DNA of 61,851 bases, the filler included. It is 4 parts of 4 records of this genome, joined end to end, with 100 filler letters (N's around TTAATTAATTAA, not from the genome) between each part and the next. Parts side by side here need not be neighbours in the genome. Positions count along the whole stretch, not along the records: positions 1 to 19,348 come from SRR22947725_841; 3 more parts are not named here. One strand, 5' to 3'. Positions 1 to 9,632 of the stretch are shown one piece after another; positions within the stretch are counted from its first letter, which is position 1; each line of letters begins with the position of its first letter. The position numbers and the translations under genes are program-made. The notes under the pieces are model-generated. The model ran no database searches. It was not told the DNA's origin and was given only the letters and a program-made list of their open reading frames with translations.

Positions 1-38
1 TAAAAAGATTTAAATAGTATTTATTTAATTAACAAAAG

Positions 39-44
39 TAGAAT
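39..44 (+). promoter_or_regulatory. Putative -10 box (TAGAAT) 7 nt before the GTG start at 52; leaderless-type promoter
   Basis: TAGAAT-N7-GTG with no Shine-Dalgarno. The AT-rich context lowers specificity. Confidence 0.4.
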
Positions 45-51
45 TTTAATA

Positions 52-1254
52 GTGAAACTATTACTAAAAAAAATAAAGCGACTTTCACCTCTCAATTTAT
101 TATTTATTATTCCTTTAATTCCTCATTACAACATCATCCCAGGCTATATTCATACCGATGACTTACCAGTTTTGTTAATATTCGCTTTAATTTTGTTGCG
201 AGTAACTTCTATTTATGAAGATTTCAAACCTATTCAGGGTTACTTGTTCATAGATATCTTTATTGTTTATTTAGTTATACAGAATATTTTTCTAGGAGAG
301 GGATCTTTTAATACTGAAATTCTAAGATTTATTTTTTACGCGACACTGTTTTTTTTCATTTTAGGAAATAATGAAGACCCTTTTCATGAAAACTTACCTG
401 TGATACTATTTTTCATTTGCAGCACCTTTTCAATAGTAGCTTTCTTTTTTGGATTCAATCTAGGAACAGATTTGTATAATAATTGGAACATAGGACTTAA
501 CTTAAGTGATATTGAATATATCAAAGGAAGGGTTAATGGTTTTCAAGCCGGTGGACCCAACAGTTTTGCCGATTTAATCACTGTTACAGGAATATATTCA
601 ATTTTCAAGCTAGGAGATAATCATTTTCCATATATCTCAAGTTTTGCTATTTTGGGCTGCTTTTTCACTTATTCAAGATTTTCATTGATAGTCCTGCTTG
701 CGTTTATTCTCATCAGGGCTGTTAAGACCGAAAATAAAATTTTAAATTTAGGAATAGTTTTTGGATCAATTCTTATTTGTATCAACTTTGGACTAATAGA
801 ACGCTTTGCAAATGATGATAATTCAGGTATTCAAGACAGAATTGAAATGAATGAGGGAACCAGAGAATTTATTGTTCAGGATACGATATTTAATAACCTT
901 ATTGGAAGGGGTCACAATAGCTTTATCGTAAGTGGAGCTGAGATAATAGATATTAATACTTTTGAGAAGAACTCAGTTTCTTACGGACCCCACAATTCTT
1001 ATTTGTTTATTATTTTAAACTACGGAGTCCTCGGTTTAACTCTGTATTTATTGATTTTTAAAAGTATTATTGCTTACACAATTCGAATTAAAAATATATT
1101 TAATGAATCACCACATTTTTATGTAATAGCTTCATTTTTTCTTTTATCTTTTTCTAGTGATATATTACAGAACCATAGTATTTCCTGGTTTTTTTATCTA
1201 TCAAGCTTTCTCTTCATGAAAGAACTTTATACCCAAAATTCTTATGAACATTAA
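52..1254 (+). CDS. O-antigen ligase/polymerase (Wzy_C/WaaL-like) family membrane protein
   Basis: Many hydrophobic segments, TYSR motif, large extracytoplasmic loop, GxG...PHNSYL motif typical of the family; located in a glycan cluster. Confidence 0.75.
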   Translation: MKLLLKKIKRLSPLNLLFIIPLIPHYNIIPGYIHTDDLPVLLIFALILLRVTSIYEDFKPIQGYLFIDIFIVYLVIQNIFLGEGSFNTEILRFIFYATLFFFILGNNEDPFHENLPVILFFICSTFSIVAFFFGFNLGTDLYNNWNIGLNLSDIEYIKGRVNGFQAGGPNSFADLITVTGIYSIFKLGDNHFPYISSFAILGCFFTYSRFSLIVLLAFILIRAVKTENKILNLGIVFGSILICINFGLIERFANDDNSGIQDRIEMNEGTREFIVQDTIFNNLIGRGHNSFIVSGAEIIDINTFEKNSVSYGPHNSYLFIILNYGVLGLTLYLLIFKSIIAYTIRIKNIFNESPHFYVIASFFLLSFSSDILQNHSISWFFYLSSFLFMKELYTQNSYEH

Positions 1255-1296
1255 ATACTCTCTAATTACAGAAATGAAACATATACTATTGTATAG

Positions 1297-2229
1297 ATGA
1301 AAATTTTAGTTGTAGGTGGTGCTGGATATGTCGGAGGCGGCATAGTTGATAAATTGATGAACAACCATGATGTCACTGTCTATGATTCACTCATCTATGA
1401 AACTTCTTATAGAAAAAAAGTTAATTTTATTTTTGGAGACATCAGAGATTATGGAAAATTAAATGCCATCTTAAATGACTATGACGCAGTTATATGGTTA
1501 GCTGCTCTTGTTGGGGACGGAGCATGTAGTATAAATCCAGCACTAACCCAGGAGATTAATTCTGAAAGTGTTAGAAACCTAGTTCAAAATTATCACGGTA
1601 GAATTGTTTTTTTATCGACATGCTCAGTTTATGGGGCTCAGGATGGTATTCTCTCAGAAAAGTCTTCTACCAATCCACTTTCAGAATATGCTAGTTCAAA
1701 ACTAGTTGCAGAAAAATATTTGGAACAATCTAATGCAATAATTTTTCGACTAGGTACATTATTTGGAATTAGCGACCAATATTCAAGAATAAGATTAGAT
1801 TTAGTAGTTAATATTTTAGTAACTAAAGCCTTAATGGAAAATAAAATGAGTGTTTTTGGAGGAGATCAATGGCGACCTCTTTTGCATGTAAATGATGTCG
1901 CTAATGCTATTGATGCAACAATAGGAACTGATACAAGAGGAATATTCAACCTCCACTACCAGAATTATAAAATAATTGAAATTGCCGAAAATATTAAGAA
2001 AAAAGTAGATTCTTCACAAATTATTACAACCCCAATGGAATTTCAGGATGCAAGAAATTACCAAGTTACAAGTGAAAAGTTATTTAATGAGACTGGTTTC
2101 AAAGCAGAAGTTGATCTTGATACTGGCATAGAAGAAATTTATGAGTTGGTTTTCAACAATAGAATAAAAGATATTAATGATCCAAGGTACTCTAACCAAA
2201 ACTTTCTAAAGCTTTATGGAGTTAATTAG
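1297..2229 (+). CDS. NAD-dependent nucleotide-sugar epimerase/dehydratase/reductase (extended SDR)
   Basis: GGAGYVG Rossmann motif, STCSVYG, catalytic YASSK. Confidence 0.85.
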   Translation: MKILVVGGAGYVGGGIVDKLMNNHDVTVYDSLIYETSYRKKVNFIFGDIRDYGKLNAILNDYDAVIWLAALVGDGACSINPALTQEINSESVRNLVQNYHGRIVFLSTCSVYGAQDGILSEKSSTNPLSEYASSKLVAEKYLEQSNAIIFRLGTLFGISDQYSRIRLDLVVNILVTKALMENKMSVFGGDQWRPLLHVNDVANAIDATIGTDTRGIFNLHYQNYKIIEIAENIKKKVDSSQIITTPMEFQDARNYQVTSEKLFNETGFKAEVDLDTGIEEIYELVFNNRIKDINDPRYSNQNFLKLYGVN

Positions 2230-2675
2230 TGGAACCTAAATTATTTCAAATTAATATGTCATCTGACCATAGGGGAAAAGTTGTATTTTCTAATGATTTT
2301 GATATGTCAGAAATCAAAAGATCTTATGTGGTTACTAATACACTTCAAAAAACTGTCAGAGCATGGCACGGTCACATATCAGAGCAAAAATGGATAATGG
2401 TACAAAAAGGTGAGTTTTTAGTTTGTCTCGTTAAAGTAGATGATTTTGAAAATCCAGATAAAAAACTTGAAGTAAAAGAGTACTTATTAAATCCCGAAAA
2501 TAGTGTTTTATTCGTTCCAGGTGGATACGCAAATGGAGCAATGAACCTAACAAAAGAAAACGAAATACGTTATTTTTCATCGACCACCTTAAAGGAGTCA
2601 TCTAAGGACGATTATAGAATTGACGCAAAATTTTGGGATCCATGGACAGTTCATAATCCAAATTTTTATGAGTAA
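2229..2675 (+). CDS. Cupin-fold nucleotide-sugar epimerase/isomerase (RmlC/FdtA/CapF-cupin-like)
   Basis: DHRG, VRAWHGH and LFVPGGYANG cupin motifs; GTG start coupled to the upstream stop. Confidence 0.8.
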   Translation: MEPKLFQINMSSDHRGKVVFSNDFDMSEIKRSYVVTNTLQKTVRAWHGHISEQKWIMVQKGEFLVCLVKVDDFENPDKKLEVKEYLLNPENSVLFVPGGYANGAMNLTKENEIRYFSSTTLKESSKDDYRIDAKFWDPWTVHNPNFYE

Positions 2676-3576
2676 TGTTTTAATTTTGGGTATTGATGGC
2701 ATGCTTGGAAACATGCTTTCAGAGGTATTTTCATCAAAGTCATCAGATAACCTTACTTTCACTTCCCGGAAAAATAATTTAGACTCAAGAGCTCTTAATG
2801 GAGAAGTTCTAAGCTTCGATGCACATTCAGATGTGTTTAACACTCTTGCTCAAAAGACTAGACCTGACTATGTAATCAATTGTATTGGTGCAATTAAGCC
2901 CCTAATCATTGAAGATGATAAAAACTCAATTAAAAATGCTTACCTAGTTAATTCCTATCTACCATTAAGTATCTCTAAATCAGCAGTTGAATTAGGTTTC
3001 CAGTATCTTCAAATTGGGACAGACTGTGTATTTTCTGGTTCAAAAGGCGGCTATACAGAGAAAAGCAAATTGGATGCCTTAGATGTATATGGTAAATCAA
3101 AAATAGTAGGCGAATTCTTAACTAGTAATAAAAGTGTTGTCAGGTCAAGTATTATTGGTCCAGAGAAAGGAGAAGGAAAGTCTTTGCTAAATTGGTTCTA
3201 TAACGAGCATTCAAGTGAAATAAATGGATTTAACAATCATTTATGGAATGGCGTAACAACTTTGAATTTTTCAAAAATTGTTCACGGAATAGTTGAAGGA
3301 AAACATGATGTAGGTTTAATACAGCATCTGATTCCCTCCGATGTAGTTACAAAGTATGAATTATTAAATATGTTTTCTAAGCATTTTAAAAAAACAATAA
3401 AAATAAATAAAATTGATGCAGAAAATGTAATAGATAGAACTCTCAACACAGTGGACAGTAATAAAAATGACATTCTGTGGAAACTAGGTGGATATACGGA
3501 GGTCCAAACTATTGAAGAAAATATTATAGAACTATCTAATTACCACTATTCAAAGGAACTACTAGGTCAACCATGA
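2668..3576 (+). CDS. RmlD-like nucleotide-sugar 4-reductase
   Basis: GIDGMLG, VINCIG, TDCVFSG, YGKSK. ATG at 2668 (MSNVLILG) preferred over the track start at 2620. Confidence 0.85.
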   Translation: MSNVLILGIDGMLGNMLSEVFSSKSSDNLTFTSRKNNLDSRALNGEVLSFDAHSDVFNTLAQKTRPDYVINCIGAIKPLIIEDDKNSIKNAYLVNSYLPLSISKSAVELGFQYLQIGTDCVFSGSKGGYTEKSKLDALDVYGKSKIVGEFLTSNKSVVRSSIIGPEKGEGKSLLNWFYNEHSSEINGFNNHLWNGVTTLNFSKIVHGIVEGKHDVGLIQHLIPSDVVTKYELLNMFSKHFKKTIKINKIDAENVIDRTLNTVDSNKNDILWKLGGYTEVQTIEENIIELSNYHYSKELLGQP

Positions 3577-4730
3577 AAGATATAGGAATAATTTTAGGCA
3601 TTAGACCAGATGTAATTAGAGCAAGTAAAATTCTGAACCTTTTAAGCAACACAAGTGATATAAGTTTCGACTTTATTTGGTCAGGTCAGCATTATTCAGA
3701 AAACATGAAAGATGTTTTTTTTGAACAATTAAATGTACCAAAGCCAGATGTAGAGTTTGAGATAGAAAAAGGAAATGATGCACAGATCGTAAGTTCCGTT
3801 ATCAAGAATACATACAACCATTTAGAAAAAAATAAATATAAAGCAGTAGTATTTCTAGGAGATACCAATACTGTAATGGGCTCAATAGCAGTTGCACAAC
3901 ACAATATTCCTATTGTTCATATCGAAGGATGTATGAGATCATACGATTGGAGAATGCCTGAAGAGAAGTATAGAACAACGATAGATCATCTTTCAGATAG
4001 AATCTATGCCTATCTAGACTCTTATAAACAACAAGGACTTAATGAGGGAATTTCTGACAAAGTAATTAAAGTTACTGGTAATCCAATTGTAGATATCATC
4101 AATGAGAACAATAACCTATTTCAAAATGCTGAGAATTATCTTTCTGAAGAAATAGTAAAAATCATCTCAAACGAAAGTTTCTTATTGGCTACTGTTCACA
4201 GAAGAGAAAATATTTTAGACAAAAATAGCTTGAATCAAATAGTAAATCTGATTAACCAAACAGAGACTCAAGTAATTTTCCCCATGGGCTACACAACACA
4301 AAGCAAAATAGAAGAATATAATTTGAAACTAAATTCAAACGTTCATGTGTGTGATCCTATTGGTTATTTAGAATTTATGCACTTATTAGACCGTTCAAAT
4401 TATGTATTTTCAGATTCGGGAACTGTAGTAGAGGAAGCTTGTATATTAGGTACACCGAGTATTCAATTAAGGTTTTCAACAGAGAGACCCGAAGTTTATG
4501 ATGTAAAGTCATCAGTAAAATTTGACCCCTCAATTGAACACAACGAGTATCAATCATTTTTAAACAAAGCTCAAAGCTTAATGGATACAAAATGGAAACA
4601 ACCATTTGGAGACGGTAATGCTTCTAGCAAAATAGTAGAGGACTTAATCCATCTTTCTCAAAATGATGCTTTTAAGAAACATAAACCCGGTGATTACCCA
4701 TTTGATATCAGCAACTCGTTTAAAGAATGA
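3573..4730 (+). CDS. Non-hydrolysing UDP-N-acetylhexosamine 2-epimerase, probably FnlC/WbjD/CapG-like
   Basis: GIRPD, GQHY, GDTNT, HIEG.MRS.D.RMPEE, HRREN, DSGTVVEEA, TERPE motifs. Confidence 0.8.
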   Translation: MKDIGIILGIRPDVIRASKILNLLSNTSDISFDFIWSGQHYSENMKDVFFEQLNVPKPDVEFEIEKGNDAQIVSSVIKNTYNHLEKNKYKAVVFLGDTNTVMGSIAVAQHNIPIVHIEGCMRSYDWRMPEEKYRTTIDHLSDRIYAYLDSYKQQGLNEGISDKVIKVTGNPIVDIINENNNLFQNAENYLSEEIVKIISNESFLLATVHRRENILDKNSLNQIVNLINQTETQVIFPMGYTTQSKIEEYNLKLNSNVHVCDPIGYLEFMHLLDRSNYVFSDSGTVVEEACILGTPSIQLRFSTERPEVYDVKSSVKFDPSIEHNEYQSFLNKAQSLMDTKWKQPFGDGNASSKIVEDLIHLSQNDAFKKHKPGDYPFDISNSFKE

Positions 4731-5899
4731 AAAAGGTTTTATTTCATTCTTTAACCATACCACCAGATAATGTCTCAACTGGCATGCTTGTTGGTGAGAT
4801 AGCAGCAGGATTCAAAAAGCAAAATGTTGAAGTAGAAGTTTTAGCAAGCACTCCTCAATATAATGTTTTGAATAATGAATTTACAACAATCACTAAGATA
4901 AACAAGAACTATTCAGAATCAGAATATAAAAACGTCAGAATAGTCCATGTAAATTCAAAAAAGAAAAGTCACAAAGAAGGCAAAAGAATATTTCAGTGGG
5001 CACATTTTCACTACTACTCACTACTTTTTTTATACAAATCAAGAAATGATTATGAGCAAATATTTATATTTAGTTACCCACCAACTATGAATATTGTAAG
5101 TTTATTTGTAAAAAAAGTACTTAAATTAAAAGTTAACTATTCGGTTTGGGAGTTGTATCCAGAAATCGCAAGTGAGTTAAAACTCTTTAACCTTCCAATT
5201 ATAATTTCAATCTTCAAAAAATTAGATACTTACTCTATGAAAAATACTGATAATTTAATTGTAAATTCACCAGAACTTAAAGAATATTTATTTGATAAGA
5301 GAAAATTATCAAATAAAAATATAAATGTTATAACTCATTTTTCTCCTTATGAAATAAGCAGCAAATTACCAAATCTACAATTAAAAAAAATGTTTTATGC
5401 AGGAAATCTTGGTAAGCCTCAAAACCTGGAAAAATTTATTCAGACGATGCTTGATAATAATATTGATTGGATGTTGGACATATATGGAGCTGGAACAGAG
5501 TACGAAAAAATTAAGGATTATGAAAATGATAACATTACTTTAAATTCTCATATATCTAGACAAGAATTAATAACTAATGTTTCAGATCTTCCTGTAGCAG
5601 TAGTTTCTTTGGATAGCCGTATTACAGTCGAAGGATTTCCTGGAAAAACTTTTGATTACCTATCTATGAATAAAATACTGCTATCTGTTTCAAATAAAGA
5701 TTCCGCTGTTGCACAATTTATAAATAAACATAATTTAGGAATAAATATTGAGCTTGATTCTAAAAAATCTTTCCTGGATGCTTTCGAAAAGCTTGAATCT
5801 CTTGAGTATTTAAAGCAGACTATTTCAAACATAAAAAAAGTTAATGAAAATCAAATTAGCAAATCGAAAATTATTAATGATTATTTTGAGCTACTCTAG
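4727..5899 (+). CDS. Glycosyltransferase family 4 (WbuB-like)
   Basis: N-terminal PPD, PQY, WELYPE, YAGNLGKPQNL, FPGKTFDYL. Confidence 0.8.
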   Translation: MKKVLFHSLTIPPDNVSTGMLVGEIAAGFKKQNVEVEVLASTPQYNVLNNEFTTITKINKNYSESEYKNVRIVHVNSKKKSHKEGKRIFQWAHFHYYSLLFLYKSRNDYEQIFIFSYPPTMNIVSLFVKKVLKLKVNYSVWELYPEIASELKLFNLPIIISIFKKLDTYSMKNTDNLIVNSPELKEYLFDKRKLSNKNINVITHFSPYEISSKLPNLQLKKMFYAGNLGKPQNLEKFIQTMLDNNIDWMLDIYGAGTEYEKIKDYENDNITLNSHISRQELITNVSDLPVAVVSLDSRITVEGFPGKTFDYLSMNKILLSVSNKDSAVAQFINKHNLGINIELDSKKSFLDAFEKLESLEYLKQTISNIKKVNENQISKSKIINDYFELL

Positions 5900-6513
5900 T
5901 TAGCACCTTTTCTAGTAACTACGTAGTAAAAAGTTAAAAATACTATTTTCAAATCAAGTGCTAAACTTTTTTTTTCAACATACTCAAGGTCCCAATGTAA
6001 CCTTTCCTGTAAGCTCAAATCTAACCTTCCTTGAATTTGGGCCAATCCAGTGATTCCAGGTCGGACTGTATTTCTTTTAGTTTGAAAATTTCCATATAAT
6101 TCAGATTCATATTTTACAAGTGGCCTAGGTCCAACTATTGACATTTCTCCTTTTAAAACATTAATTAGATTTGGGAGCTCATCTAAAGAGGTTTTTCTTA
6201 AGAATTTTCCAATATTGGTTATTCGATCGTCATTTTCAATTCTTATAGGTTCATTAGGAGTCAAAGAAGGTTCAATAGTTTTTCTTTTTGAGAGATTTTT
6301 ATAGTGCTTCTCATGAACTTCATCATTTGACAAGATGTCCATTGTTCTAAATTTGTATAAAAGAAATAACTTACCTTTCCTTCCGACCCTTTCTTGCTTG
6401 TAGATTGCTGGTTTACCATCTATGAGATAAATTAAAAGTACTATAAGTGGATAAATTACCAATAGAAAAGGTAAAAACAAACTTGTTATTGTAATATCTA
6501 TTAATCTTTTCAT
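5896..6513 (-). CDS. Priming phosphoglycosyl transferase (bacterial sugar transferase, PglC/EpsL-like small form)
   Basis: KRLIDI, YKFRTM, DDRIT, RKTSLDELP, GEMSIVGPRP, PGITGLAQ. Confidence 0.92.
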   Translation of the reverse strand: MKRLIDITITSLFLPFLLVIYPLIVLLIYLIDGKPAIYKQERVGRKGKLFLLYKFRTMDILSNDEVHEKHYKNLSKRKTIEPSLTPNEPIRIENDDRITNIGKFLRKTSLDELPNLINVLKGEMSIVGPRPLVKYESELYGNFQTKRNTVRPGITGLAQIQGRLDLSLQERLHWDLEYVEKKSLALDLKIVFLTFYYVVTRKGAN

Positions 6514-6582
6514 ACAATATTTACTTTAAACTATTCAAATTAATGTACTTTAAATAAAAAATATAACATTAGAGTTAAAGAA

Positions 6583-8424
6583 ATGTGTGGAATAGGTGGA
6601 ATTATTAACATTAATAATTCTAAAATTGACCCAGAAATTGCCAATAGTATTAAAACCTCCCTGGAACATAGAGGTCCAGACAACTCTTCAATAAAACACA
6701 TTTCTGAAAGTGTTTCATTCATCCATACAAGATTAGCAATTATCGATATTGACGAAAGGTCAAATCAGCCATTCCATTCTGAAGACATGCGTTATTGGAT
6801 GGTTTTTAATGGAGAAATTTACAATTATAAAGAAATTAGAACTGATTTAGAAGTTCAGGGGTACAAATTTAAAACTTCTGGAGATACAGAAGTTTTATTA
6901 AAAGGCTTTATTCACTACAAAGAAAAAATTTTGAACAAGTTAAGAGGTCAATTTGCATTTGCAATATACGACACAAAAAACAATGAAACATTTTTGGCTA
7001 GAGATAGGATTGGTATTAAACCTTTATACTATTCAAATTATAAAGAATGGATAATTTTTGGCTCAGAATTGAAAACAATTGATGCAACAAACCTAGTCCC
7101 ATTTTCACCAGATACTGAATCTTACTTATCTTATATGAGACATTTGTGTGTTCCTGGTAGCAGCACAGGTAATACAAATATTTCAAAAGTTAAACCCGGA
7201 GAGTACATTGTATTTTCAGCAAATGGTAGCAAAACCGCAGTTAAATATTGGGATCCGTATAGTTTCAAGATAAACTCTGAAATTACGCCTACTGAAGCAA
7301 AAAAAAGATTGGAAGAGTTGCTTATCGAATCTGTAGAATATCGAAAAATAAGTGATGTTGAGGTTGGTTTATTTTTATCTGGTGGTTTAGATTCTTCTTT
7401 AATCGGAAAACTTATGAAAGATAGTAGTTCAAGTAAACTTCATGGATTCAATATAGATTACGAAGAACATTTTGAAGGATATAACGGTGAAGTTATTGAA
7501 GCTGAATTCGCATCATCAAATATCAGTATAGATTTAATTAAAGAAAAAATAAAATATGATGACTTTAAAAACTTATTAAATAATTATTCCCATTATCAAG
7601 ATGATTTAAATGGTGATGAAGTAGGAATACCTTTATATTTTTTGGGTAAGTCGGCAAGGTCGAAGGGCATAACGGTTGTACAGGTGGGAGAGGGAGCTGA
7701 TGAACTTTTTTTTGGCTACGACCACTGGCTGAGATATATAAAACTTAACAAATTTCTTAAACCAATCAAGAGTTCTAAGTCCCAATTCTCAAGATTTTCC
7801 AACCACAGATTAAACCTTTTATCAAATATAATTTTTGGAAGAACTTCATTCGCAGGAGGTGCACTCGGTTTTAATCTTTCGGAGATAAACAAACTCGTGG
7901 ATGGTGGTATACCAAATTATTTTGACTCATTTAACTATATTGATAGCAAGTGGGAAGAATATTTTTCAAGGGATGATGCTGAGTTATCTAAATGGATGAC
8001 ATTGATAGATCTAGATATTCGTCTTCCAGAATTATTGCTCATGAGAATGGACAAATTGGTTATGCAATCTGGAGTAGAAACTAGAGTTCCATTCCTAGAC
8101 CACAAGTTTGTTGAATTCGTACTTACAATTCCTGAAAAAATTTTATTAAACAAAAATGAAACTAAGCCACTACTTAAAGATATTGCACGAAAACATATCC
8201 CTAGTCAGATAGTAGATAGGAGGAAACAAGGTTTTAGAGCACCAATTGGTGAATGGATTAAAAAAGATATAGACCATTTTTATGACTCAGTAAAATCTTT
8301 TAACCTAGAAACTAATCTTTTTAATCCTCAAGAACTAAATAGGGTTATGAATGGGGGAGATTTCCAAAAAAAATGGTATCTAATAAATTTATCTCTATGG
8401 CATTCATCGAGGAATAAAAATTGA
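6583..8424 (+). CDS. asnB: Asparagine synthase-like glutamine amidotransferase (probably amidates a uronic acid in the glycan)
   Basis: N-terminal MCGI, HRGPD, FNGEIYNY, LSGGLDSS, GEGADELF, ETRVPFLD. Confidence 0.88.
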   Translation: MCGIGGIININNSKIDPEIANSIKTSLEHRGPDNSSIKHISESVSFIHTRLAIIDIDERSNQPFHSEDMRYWMVFNGEIYNYKEIRTDLEVQGYKFKTSGDTEVLLKGFIHYKEKILNKLRGQFAFAIYDTKNNETFLARDRIGIKPLYYSNYKEWIIFGSELKTIDATNLVPFSPDTESYLSYMRHLCVPGSSTGNTNISKVKPGEYIVFSANGSKTAVKYWDPYSFKINSEITPTEAKKRLEELLIESVEYRKISDVEVGLFLSGGLDSSLIGKLMKDSSSSKLHGFNIDYEEHFEGYNGEVIEAEFASSNISIDLIKEKIKYDDFKNLLNNYSHYQDDLNGDEVGIPLYFLGKSARSKGITVVQVGEGADELFFGYDHWLRYIKLNKFLKPIKSSKSQFSRFSNHRLNLLSNIIFGRTSFAGGALGFNLSEINKLVDGGIPNYFDSFNYIDSKWEEYFSRDDAELSKWMTLIDLDIRLPELLLMRMDKLVMQSGVETRVPFLDHKFVEFVLTIPEKILLNKNETKPLLKDIARKHIPSQIVDRRKQGFRAPIGEWIKKDIDHFYDSVKSFNLETNLFNPQELNRVMNGGDFQKKWYLINLSLWHSSRNKN

Positions 8425-9632
8425 TAGAAAACTGGAAACAAAACACTTTTTATATCTCTTTGATGCAAGTAGTTTTACTAGTTGTAAATTTAATATTAAT
8501 AACAATAATAAGCAGAGAATATGGCCCCTCCATTTATGGTGAGTATGCATCTTCAAAAAGTTTAAGTGTTCTTATTGGCACTGCTTTAGTTATGTCACTA
8601 GCTTTGGTTGCTACAAAATTAAGGGCTCAAAATGATATTGAAGGTAAATTTGTTTTTTCAAATTCATACTATTTAGTAATTAGAAATCTGATCATCGGAT
8701 TATTTCTTTTATATCCAGTAACTCTTTTATTTAAAAGAGATTTCTCAATGACAGCATTATTTTTAATTGGTTTTATTTTTAATGAACTAATACATATTGC
8801 ACTTTCCTACTACCAAGCAAATGGGGACTTTGTTACAAGCTCAAAACAAATTATGATAAGAACTCTACTTTATGGTATGGGTGCAACGGCTATAGTATTT
8901 TCTGGATACTCAATACTTTGGGTTATCTTTTACCAAATAGTGATATTAGCTATTTTTTTTCTCGTTGCGCATTTTTCTATACCAAGTTCTGAAAAAAAGA
9001 ATTCCTCACCTGATGCTGTTGAGACCAGAAAGAAACTCACGAAGTCTGGTCAAAAAATGGTATTGACCACTTTTTCAAGTGCACTCATTTCAGAATTAGA
9101 TATAGTTTTACTCGGACTATTTTTTGGAGGCCCTCTATTAGGTGTTTTGTCCTGGGCTAGAAGAATTCTAGAAATCCTTTTTCAATTAGCAGCTGCAAGT
9201 TTAGATATTCTTTTTCCAGAACTTTCAAAAACAAAATCTAAATCAGAGGTTGTAGAAATTAGAAATAAACTAAGAAGAATTGTTATATTATCTTTTATAA
9301 TTCCAACTATATTTTTTCCATTAAAAGATGTTGCTGGCAGTTTATTTGTAGTTCTTTTAGGTGAAGAATTTTCAGCAGTGGGAAATTATACTGCGTACAT
9401 TCTTTTTTGTCTTCCTCTAATGGTTTGGTCTAGAATCAACATTATTTTTTCTAGAGCTTTAAATTTCGAAATACCTATTTCAAAAATTATATTGTATTCC
9501 TCAATTATTTCATTCTTTATCTATTCAGTTACAGATCAATTTTTAGATAATTCAGCAGTAATTTCTATTATTTTATCGCAGTTAACCATTTCAGCCCTTA
9601 CCTCTTATAGTTTTAGAAAGTCATTTAGATGA
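8421..9632 (+). CDS. wzx: Wzx-type oligosaccharide flippase (MOP superfamily)
   Basis: About 12 hydrophobic segments, ISREYGPSIYGEY N-terminal pattern, SELDIVLLG, cluster context. Confidence 0.75.
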   Translation: MIENWKQNTFYISLMQVVLLVVNLILITIISREYGPSIYGEYASSKSLSVLIGTALVMSLALVATKLRAQNDIEGKFVFSNSYYLVIRNLIIGLFLLYPVTLLFKRDFSMTALFLIGFIFNELIHIALSYYQANGDFVTSSKQIMIRTLLYGMGATAIVFSGYSILWVIFYQIVILAIFFLVAHFSIPSSEKKNSSPDAVETRKKLTKSGQKMVLTTFSSALISELDIVLLGLFFGGPLLGVLSWARRILEILFQLAAASLDILFPELSKTKSKSEVVEIRNKLRRIVILSFIIPTIFFPLKDVAGSLFVVLLGEEFSAVGNYTAYILFCLPLMVWSRINIIFSRALNFEIPISKIILYSSIISFFIYSVTDQFLDNSAVISIILSQLTISALTSYSFRKSFR

